This document shows, piece by piece, positions 46,484-53,715 of a DNA stretch of 53,715 bases. How positions within the stretch are numbered: position 1 is the stretch's first letter; the number at the start of each line of letters is the position of its first letter. The DNA comes from Candidatus Bathyarchaeia archaeon (GTDB lineage: Archaea; Thermoproteota; Bathyarchaeia; Bathyarchaeales; Bathycorpusculaceae), in contig JBEKWR010000024.1 in assembly GCA_049512935.1 (NCBI GenBank), positions 1-53,715 on the forward strand. The letters run 5' to 3'. The position numbers were made by a program, and so were the translations under genes. The notes beneath the pieces are model-generated. The model had not been told where the DNA came from. It saw only the letters and a list, made by a program, of their open reading frames with translations, and did not search any database.

Positions 46484-46706
46484 TCTGCCACTACTACCCC
46501 GCCTACGACTTGGAGAAAGCTGGAAAACTAAGTCGTCTCCAAATTCAGGTTCTCGCGGAAGGTGTAAGGTTAATCCGTCAACTTGGCAATCCGTGAAAAA
46601 GCACAGTGGGCAGCTCGTCTCGCCTTTTTGTATGTCGCAGAAGTAATTGGCAAAACCTTAAGAGTTACCATCATCAAATCATGGCTGAAAACTGAGGTCA
46701 ATAGAG

Positions 46707-47921
46707 TTGCAGAAAGTTCGCGTTATCCTGACTTTAATTACAATAGGTTGCATTTTAGGTCCTGTTGGTGCTGTGTTAGTTATGTACCATACCAATTTGG
46801 TCCAACTGGTCATCCCTTCTCAACTTCAGAACTTGATTAGTTCCAATAACAACGGGAACAATAACAATAACAACAATAATAATAACAACAATAACAACAA
46901 CAATAATAACAATAATAATAACAACAATAACAACGGCAACGGGAACCCCAGCAACAGTAACAACCCAAATGGCAACAACAATAACAACGGAAACATCCTG
47001 AGCAATTCGGGAAACGTGATAAGCAATAGTCCCCTTGTTAACAACCCAACAAGCAGTTTCGGAGGCTCTGGGCAGTTCGACGTTACCGCTCAAATCAACG
47101 GAAACCAAGTTTCGGACGAAATGACGGCGAACATCAACTGTCCCCTCAACCAAAACGGGAACAACATCCAGATAAGTTTAGACTTGACCCCGACGAATGT
47201 CCCTAACGATCTTGAGCCGCTGTTCAGCACAAACAACGATTACACCTTTAACTTTGCTGGAACGACAAGCAGCTCATCTTCCGGCACTCAGATATCGGCG
47301 AACGATCAGGGAGGCCTCAACCCCGGATCAATCCCATTTAACATTAACCTTTCTGGATCAATTGATCAGGCTCAGGATACATTCACGTTCACATTAGCTA
47401 CTGCCTCGGGAGGAAACCCGCAGGTATTCATCACCACTCCTCAAGCGATAAGCTTGTACGTTAACAATAACAACAACGGCAACCCGAGCAACACTAGCTC
47501 TCCAAGCAGCAGCCCTAACGGAAATAACAACAATTCGAACGGAGTCAACCCAACCTTAGACACTTCAAGCAGTCAAATTAACACTGCAACAGGAAAAATA
47601 ACTCTAACTTTCACCATAACCAACAGCAACAGCCAAGCCGCAAAAATAAGCAAAATGGGCGGAACCCTGATAGATGGCAAAAACCAAGTAACCTTGGGGA
47701 CAGTAAGCCTGTCATCATCGGTGACTATCAATGCTGGTCAAAGCTCCACGGTTGTGGTGTCAGGCACTTTGACATCGCAGGGCAAAAGTGACTTATCAAA
47801 TAATTTTGCTGGTGACACATCAATCGACATTGAAATATCCGGTGGATCAATGACCATAAACGGAGTGGCACAGTCAAATTCACAGACCCAAGATCTCGGC
47901 AACATTAACTTAGTGAGTTAA
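46707..47921 (+). CDS. Membrane-anchored Asn-rich exported protein
   Basis: N-terminal TM, poly-Asn tract, two beta-rich domains. Confidence 0.75.
   Translation: MQKVRVILTLITIGCILGPVGAVLVMYHTNLVQLVIPSQLQNLISSNNNGNNNNNNNNNNNNNNNNNNNNNNNNNNGNGNPSNSNNPNGNNNNNGNILSNSGNVISNSPLVNNPTSSFGGSGQFDVTAQINGNQVSDEMTANINCPLNQNGNNIQISLDLTPTNVPNDLEPLFSTNNDYTFNFAGTTSSSSSGTQISANDQGGLNPGSIPFNINLSGSIDQAQDTFTFTLATASGGNPQVFITTPQAISLYVNNNNNGNPSNTSSPSSSPNGNNNNSNGVNPTLDTSSSQINTATGKITLTFTITNSNSQAAKISKMGGTLIDGKNQVTLGTVSLSSSVTINAGQSSTVVVSGTLTSQGKSDLSNNFAGDTSIDIEISGGSMTINGVAQSNSQTQDLGNINLVS
46857..46934 (+). repeat. (AAC/AAT)26 trinucleotide tract encoding poly-Asn
   Basis: 26 consecutive Asn codons. Confidence 0.9.
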
Positions 47922-47922
47922 G

Positions 47923-48489
47923 GTGATTATGATGGAAAACAAAATAAACTTCATCGCGTTGGCTGCTGGAATCTTAGGCTTGGTCCTGATTGCCGTATCA
48001 ATGTTTGTCCCATGGTGGCAGTTCACGGTTAGCAGCCCAGCGAACGTCCAAGTTAACTTTTCGCCAGTCAACTTTAACTTTTCACATTCCGGCACCTCAA
48101 TTTCCATACCCCTGATTTGGGCTTTGAACATCGCGTGTTTGCTGACTTTGCTGGCAGGCGCACTCATACTTACAATCTACGCGGTAAAACCAACTAAATC
48201 TTACTCAAAACAGCTGCTTGGATTCGGATACAAAAAACCCTTGTACACGGTTGTGGCTTTCGTCGTAATATTAGTTGCTTTGACCCTGATACTGCAATTC
48301 GTGGCGGGAATTAGCCTGCCAATCAACGGTTCAGCCGTAATAAGTCCTAAGGGTTCAAGCCAGAGCGCCAGCGCTTCAGCGGTCTTGGAATGGCCATTCT
48401 ATTTCGCCGTCGTCGTCGCTGGGCTAAGCGTTGCGGCAAGGGTGGTTCATGGAAGAGTAACTAAACCAGCCGTTCTTCCCGCTCCATAA
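47923..48489 (+). CDS. Four-TM membrane protein
   Basis: Hydrophobic helices, SMFVPWW motif; coupled to the upstream gene. Confidence 0.78.
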   Translation: MIMMENKINFIALAAGILGLVLIAVSMFVPWWQFTVSSPANVQVNFSPVNFNFSHSGTSISIPLIWALNIACLLTLLAGALILTIYAVKPTKSYSKQLLGFGYKKPLYTVVAFVVILVALTLILQFVAGISLPINGSAVISPKGSSQSASASAVLEWPFYFAVVVAGLSVAARVVHGRVTKPAVLPAP

Positions 48490-48733
48490 CTCGACTGGCT
48501 ATCAACCAAGCAGAGGTTTGATTGGGCGACTGCCGTAATTTTGCGGATGGCTCGTCAAATCAGATTCTTAATTGTAGCAAAAGCTTGATTATCGAGAATT
48601 GCTTGTTCAAACCCTCTTTTCTTTAGGCTCAGTCCTTCTTTATTCCAAAAAAGAGCACGTATAGCTTTTTCGGCGCTGTCTTCCAACAAAAATCAAAGTT
48701 AACCTCTTAAAAATAGAAAAAACGGGATTTTTC

Positions 48734-50182
48734 ATGAGTGCCAACGTTGAGTTTAACATTACGGCGTTTGACGAAGCGTCAAGCGTTTTCGAAGACGTAG
48801 GCAGCAGCGCTACTGAATGCTTCTCTACGATCACATCTGGAGCTTCTGAAGCCGCTGACTCTACTGAAGCTGCTGCATCTGAAGTGTCAAGTAGCATGCA
48901 GGGTGTTTCTTCGGCTTGCAGCGAGGCGGCTGAGTCTCAAGCTTCCGTGGCTTCTGCGAGTGCAACACTCGGGGACAATCAGGCTATTGCGACTGGTGGC
49001 CTGCAGAGTAACGCCATGGCTATGAATATGGCTGCTCTTTCAGCTGCCAGCTTGGTAATGGGCATCAGCAACGTTGAGAACGCGGAGGTTACGCTTGACC
49101 GGGCACATGTGACATTGGAGAAGGATCAAACGGCGGTTACATTGGCTCAGCAGGCTTACAACAAGGCAGTGAGCGACTATGGCGACGACAGTCAACAGGC
49201 ATCTGACGCAGCGTCGAAGCTTAAAGACGCGCAGGACACGTTAAGCGTCGCCCAAGAAAAAGTCAGCGAGGACCAGCGGAACCTGAACAACACGATCATG
49301 ATGAGTTCCCTGCAGATCATCCCAGGCGTCATCGGCGCGTTTACAAGTCTGAACACGTTATTTTCCACGTACCCGGCAGTTGCTTCAGCCGTTTCAGCCG
49401 CAACCGATGCGGTTGGCTCCGCCATGGATTTCTTGGCTGCTAACCCAATTATCCTGGTAATCGCTGGCGTCGCCGCTTTGGCTGTTGGGCTCTACGAGGC
49501 TTACGAGCACTGTGCACCCTTCAGGGACGCAATCAACGAGGTCGGAAGCGTTTTGGAAGGAGCTTTCAAGACTGCCTTGACGGAGGTTGAGGGCGCGCTC
49601 CTGTTCTTGTGGGACAACGTGTTCAAGCCTTTCGGCGAATTCTTGTCTTCCGTTTTTACCGGTTGCATTTCTTCCTTGGAGGCTGCTTGGAGCGGCTTGG
49701 GCGCCGTGCTAAGTTACCTGTGGAACGATGTTCTTGTACCCGTGGCTAACTTTTTCAAGGGCGCCTTCGTTGACGCTATTGATTTCGTTATGGTTCCGAT
49801 TGATGCTTTTGAGTCTGCGGTTAGCAAGGTTGCGAATGCCGTGAAGCCTCTTACCGACATTATCGGCGGCTTATCGAATGCTCTTAAGGGCTTGTGTTTT
49901 GCGCATGCAGCACCCGCTGCTGAGGAGTTCAACAAGCAGGTGTCCAGCAGCATCGAGCTTTCGAACAGTCTGACCCAGAAGCTTGAGCCTCTAAGCAAGA
50001 GTTTGATGGGTGTTTCTGGGAGCACTGGAAACGCGAACGTTAACGGGCTTGGCGGCGGCACTCAACACATCACGGTCAACCCAACCATTAACATCGGCAA
50101 GATCGACAGAAACACGGGTCTAAACGACGTGATCAACTCCGTTAATCAAGGCACAGCGCAGGCTTTGGCGAGGCGATTTTGA
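48734..50182 (+). CDS. Tape measure protein
   Basis: N-terminal FNITAFDEAS..F, Ala/Ser-rich helical body, ANPIILVIAGVAAL...LYEAY....FRD.IN, W/F periodicity. Confidence 0.88.
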   Translation: MSANVEFNITAFDEASSVFEDVGSSATECFSTITSGASEAADSTEAAASEVSSSMQGVSSACSEAAESQASVASASATLGDNQAIATGGLQSNAMAMNMAALSAASLVMGISNVENAEVTLDRAHVTLEKDQTAVTLAQQAYNKAVSDYGDDSQQASDAASKLKDAQDTLSVAQEKVSEDQRNLNNTIMMSSLQIIPGVIGAFTSLNTLFSTYPAVASAVSAATDAVGSAMDFLAANPIILVIAGVAALAVGLYEAYEHCAPFRDAINEVGSVLEGAFKTALTEVEGALLFLWDNVFKPFGEFLSSVFTGCISSLEAAWSGLGAVLSYLWNDVLVPVANFFKGAFVDAIDFVMVPIDAFESAVSKVANAVKPLTDIIGGLSNALKGLCFAHAAPAAEEFNKQVSSSIELSNSLTQKLEPLSKSLMGVSGSTGNANVNGLGGGTQHITVNPTINIGKIDRNTGLNDVINSVNQGTAQALARRF

Positions 50183-50571
50183 TGAGTTGGCAGATAAGCT
50201 CCGGGTCTACAACGGTTACTTTCCCCGTGAACCCGCAGAACATCACCGATGAAAACCCGATTGTTGAAACCGATTTCCAAGTTGACAGTCAGCAGAGCGT
50301 TGTCGTCAGCGAAGGCTTAGATGTGCGGACGCTGACGCTGAAAGGGTTCTTTTATGTTTCAGGACAAACAAAAACTAATTTGGACACTAATTTTGTGTCG
50401 CCATTGCTTAGTTTGAATCGGCAGCAGGTCACGCTTACTTGTCCGACTCCCAGGTACAATGGCGGTTGGCTTCTCATTGTGAAGAGCGTTGAGGAAAAGT
50501 CCGAGGGCAACCTGCAACGGTACACTTACACGCTTGTGCTAAAGCAAGGCGCAGCTTTCGTCGTCCTTTAG
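50182..50571 (+). CDS. Distal tail (Dit-like) protein
   Basis: TFPVNPQNI...G...RTLTLKG; directly follows the tape measure gene. Confidence 0.7.
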   Translation: MSWQISSGSTTVTFPVNPQNITDENPIVETDFQVDSQQSVVVSEGLDVRTLTLKGFFYVSGQTKTNLDTNFVSPLLSLNRQQVTLTCPTPRYNGGWLLIVKSVEEKSEGNLQRYTYTLVLKQGAAFVVL

Positions 50572-50874
50572 GGGCTTGATAGTTTATGGATTCTCTATTC
50601 ATAGTTTTCAAATACGTGAAGCAATAATACGCAAGATGTTAACGCATACAGGAAAATTGCTTTGATCTCAGGAGTTAAGAACCTTGGTGGACTTTGAAAT
50701 CTTTATTGCCATAAGTTTAACCTATGCCTTTTGCGCTTATGTAGCATTTCATTTCAAACCTTGAGTATCACATTTTTTTCTCATTCAAGCCTACAAATTC
50801 GAATTGTAGTTTAAGTTAAAACTCTTCAAGCTAAATCTAACAATTTTACGTTTTTGGATTGAGGTGATTAAGTT

Positions 50875-53715
50875 ATGGGTTGGCAATTTCAGTACTGGAA
50901 CGGTTCAGCATGGGTTAACTTTGCGAACGCACAAATAGATCATATACTGGAAGAACTCAGCAGCGTTGGGGGCCAAGAAGAGCTTGTTTTCAACTTGCCG
51001 AACACGGCTGCTAACCGAGCAATCGTGCAGTCTTTGCCTTTTGTTCAGTGCCTGTTCAACGGCGCATTGATTTTTCCGCTCTGCAACATGGGCGCGGTAA
51101 TCGGTGAACTACAGTATTCCCCCACCTTGATTCAGGTTACCGCTTACAACGCGGTTTTTGTCAAGATGAGCCAGGCTTCCCAGACAATCACCCAGGTCTA
51201 CAACGACACGGCGGCAAACACCATCCTTTCAGCCATTTGCAGCGCAGCCGGGGTATCGGCTGGTGCTTGCCCAACCTTCGCGGTCAGCATCACGTTTAAC
51301 AACGCCAACTGCTTCAAAGCTGCACAGAGCCTTGCACAGGCATGCGGCATGGATTATTGGGCTGACGCTAACGGCTTCAACATCGGCACGCGAGATAGCA
51401 CGCTTCAGACGCTGGGCTATTGTGATGACAACAGCAAAAGAGGTTTGGACTACAGCAAAACAGTGGATTACGTAGTTGTAAACGGCGTTAACTCAAGCGG
51501 GTTGGCGATTCAAGGGTCAGCGGGCACACCTGGCGGGAGCATAGCCACTTTTACGGAAAAGAAAGCCTGCGACGTTGCGACGCTAAACAATGTTGCAGCC
51601 TTCAAGCTTCAGAAACTTAACAACCCTTCTGACGGCAACAGCCTGGAATGCTTAATCACCCAGGTTGCCACGTGGCATCCGGGTCAGTACGTTTCGGCGA
51701 GCCGAGCCGATTTAGATCTGGTCGGCAGCTACATTATTCAGCGGATCACCAAAAACGTTGTAACCTGCACAGTTGAAGTCGACGCGGCTATGCCTCAGAT
51801 GGATGTTGACGCGCTTGAGCAGGACGATTACTCTGGACCCGGCGGCGACTTGTCTTCTTACCCGGCGCAGCCAAGCACGCAGACGCCTACCGCGCTGGTT
51901 TTGCAAGGCTTAATCGGGTTCTATCACCTGTGGGAGGGGCAGGGCACTTTTGCTCAGGATTCAGCGCCGAACACCGCCCCAAACAATGGTAACATAACGA
52001 ATGGAACTTGGATAGCAGGTCCTCTTAGCGACGTTTTACAGTTCAGCGGCACTGGCAACGTCGACTGTACAAATAACGCTGACGTCACCGAAGGGGGCAC
52101 GAACAGCAAGTTCGCGGTCGGCGGCTGGTTTAGCCCCTCCGCATTGGTTGATCAAGCGCCTTTAATCAGCAAGGCTAACCAATTTATTTTGGAATTGTCC
52201 GGGACAGCTGGCGCCATCCGTTTCGGAGTGTACATCGGCGGCACCTGGCATTATTTGACTTCTCCCAACGGGGTCATTTCTGTGAATGGACGCTGCTTTG
52301 CAATGGGTGTCTATGACGGCGCAAATCTCTACTTGTACGTTTCAAACCCTTCAGGTGTCAGCCAGCTTTTAACTTACACACAAGCACAAACGGGAAGCAT
52401 TGCCTCATCGACGGCAGAGCTCTATTTGGCGGGCTCCACGTATCAAGGCGTGATTGCTGAATGCATGATTTGGAGCCGTGCCTTGGGCGCTCAGGAGGTG
52501 CAGGAGCTCTTTTTTCGTCCCCTTGTGCGAGTTATCAACATAAGCCAAGTTGGGCTTTATCTCGAATATGGCTCAAGCGTTAAACCGCAATATGTGGTTG
52601 CGCCAACTTACCTTCTGGATTCTTTGATTTTATCAGGTAAAGTGGTTGTCTCCTCAGCTACTGGCACAATGAACAGTTATGAGGCTGGTTATACTATTGT
52701 TTCGCTGCTGCAATTCGGTGGTTCAACTTATTATAGCCTATGTCAGGCAATCTTGGATTTGTGGGCTTCCCTTCAGAATTCAGACGGCAGCTGGTATCAG
52801 CAATATAACCCGTATTCGCCTTATGGTGTGGTGGCTCAAACATCGGAAGGCACGGATGGCAACTTGAAAGTTGATTCTGGCGCTGCTCTTTTAGCTTGGG
52901 CAATGAGTTATTATGATCAACTGACAAGCGGCACGCGTTATAAGTCAAACGTGCAGAGCGCCTTAAGCTTCCTTCGGCAGTTGCAGTATGCGCATACGGT
53001 TGCTCACTCATCGAATTTAATAGCAAACGTCATCCTTGATGGGACGACGGACACGACCGCGTTATTGGCTGACTGCGCGGAATGCCTTCTCTCGACGAAG
53101 CATGCGATGGACGCTTACGGCGTGGCCCTTCAAACGTCTGCTGGCTACAGCGTGCAAACCTTCGCAAACAACTTGTACTACAGCATCTGCGTCGTTGGAT
53201 GGCGAGGTAGTTCAGCGCTTTACTTTGACACGTCATACCCGTACGGGCAGAACACAAACGTACCCTTCAATTACCAGGAGAAAATCAGTTACACTCAGGC
53301 GTTGTGCAGCTGGGCAGTTTACGAGTTCGCAAAAAGCGCTTACCAGAACACTGGCGACTTCAGCGGCGGCATCTGTGAACCCTGCCTCGACTTCATCATA
53401 ACGGTGACTCGCGGCTCATGGGGCGGAGAATACTACTGCCCGTACACCGCGGCTTCAGGTCAAACACAGGACGAGTTCGCCGGCTATTCAGCTTTGATGT
53501 GTATAGCGGCTCAAAAAGTGAACAGCGCAAAGTATGCTTCGCTCATTTCAGGGCTTCAGAGTTTTCTTAAGTGGCTTGCTCTTCCTGACGGGCGAGTCTG
53601 CGATGACATCGACGTGACAGGCAGGCTCTGGCGAAGCCAAATCTCTTCAGGTTCAACCATTACCGAAGGCGGCTTCTTAGTCTTGCCGATTGCAATGGCT
53701 CTGCTTGCGGGCGCA
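50875..53715 (+). CDS. Tail tip protein: hub-like domain + LamG/ConA-like lectin + (alpha/alpha)6 toroid-like domain; 3' end outside window (at least 947 codons; not in ORF track)
   Basis: GAGGTGA SD then MGWQFQYWNG..., open to the window end. LIGFYHLWEGQG..AQDS...NNG, GGWF, GVYDGANLYLYV and IWSRAL...EV are LamG-like. LWASLQNSDGSWYQQY, DSGAALLAWA and EKISYTQA fit a helical toroid. Confidence 0.85.
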   Translation, partial: MGWQFQYWNGSAWVNFANAQIDHILEELSSVGGQEELVFNLPNTAANRAIVQSLPFVQCLFNGALIFPLCNMGAVIGELQYSPTLIQVTAYNAVFVKMSQASQTITQVYNDTAANTILSAICSAAGVSAGACPTFAVSITFNNANCFKAAQSLAQACGMDYWADANGFNIGTRDSTLQTLGYCDDNSKRGLDYSKTVDYVVVNGVNSSGLAIQGSAGTPGGSIATFTEKKACDVATLNNVAAFKLQKLNNPSDGNSLECLITQVATWHPGQYVSASRADLDLVGSYIIQRITKNVVTCTVEVDAAMPQMDVDALEQDDYSGPGGDLSSYPAQPSTQTPTALVLQGLIGFYHLWEGQGTFAQDSAPNTAPNNGNITNGTWIAGPLSDVLQFSGTGNVDCTNNADVTEGGTNSKFAVGGWFSPSALVDQAPLISKANQFILELSGTAGAIRFGVYIGGTWHYLTSPNGVISVNGRCFAMGVYDGANLYLYVSNPSGVSQLLTYTQAQTGSIASSTAELYLAGSTYQGVIAECMIWSRALGAQEVQELFFRPLVRVINISQVGLYLEYGSSVKPQYVVAPTYLLDSLILSGKVVVSSATGTMNSYEAGYTIVSLLQFGGSTYYSLCQAILDLWASLQNSDGSWYQQYNPYSPYGVVAQTSEGTDGNLKVDSGAALLAWAMSYYDQLTSGTRYKSNVQSALSFLRQLQYAHTVAHSSNLIANVILDGTTDTTALLADCAECLLSTKHAMDAYGVALQTSAGYSVQTFANNLYYSICVVGWRGSSALYFDTSYPYGQNTNVPFNYQEKISYTQALCSWAVYEFAKSAYQNTGDFSGGICEPCLDFIITVTRGSWGGEYYCPYTAASGQTQDEFAGYSALMCIAAQKVNSAKYASLISGLQSFLKWLALPDGRVCDDIDVTGRLWRSQISSGSTITEGGFLVLPIAMALLAGA

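Larger units (their letters stand above)
27645..53715. mobile_element. Provirus or virus-derived region (Caudoviricetes, HK97 fold, non-contractile tail); continues past the window end
   Basis: Canonical order terminase-portal-protease-capsid-neck-tail tube-chaperone-tape measure-Dit-tail tip. No sheath, integrase or replication gene in the window. Left boundary inferred from the end of secY. Confidence 0.9.

Noticed and set aside
46845-46990. AAC-rich tract as a DGR template repeat
   Set aside because: It is a simple in-frame poly-Asn run; no matching variable repeat or reverse transcriptase is in the window.
1-53715. CRISPR array, rRNA, integrase or transposase
   Set aside because: No regularly spaced repeats, rRNA-like sequence or recombinase/transposase motifs were seen.

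Overview
Archaeal chromosome segment. Gene content and style point to a TACK archaeon, probably Bathyarchaeia (inference). The left half (1-27.5 kb) is host DNA: Hsp20, an intron-containing elongator tRNA-Met, small membrane and accessory genes, two toxin-antitoxin pairs, an acyl-CoA ligase, hydrogenase maturation genes hypF-hypC-hypD/hypE, and the ribosomal protein cluster rpl22 to rpl15-secY (rps14 is missing from the ORF track). Right after secY, a tailed-virus (HK97-type, siphovirus-like) morphogenesis region starts and runs off the right edge: a divergent RHH regulator pair, terminase, portal, prohead protease/scaffold, capsid, neck, tail tube, frameshifted tail chaperone, tape measure, Dit-like gene and a large tail-tip protein. 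Several cassettes of cell-like or AT-rich genes interrupt it. The main observation is that the major capsid gene, which looks truncated, contains a 26-nt insertion (39755-39780) folding into a canonical bulge-helix-bulge motif. Cutting at the standard archaeal tRNA-splicing positions removes the in-frame stop and restores a 299-aa capsid ORF, so it is a candidate tRNA-type mRNA intron in a viral structural gene. All assignments come from reading the sequence and recognising motifs; no database searches were run.
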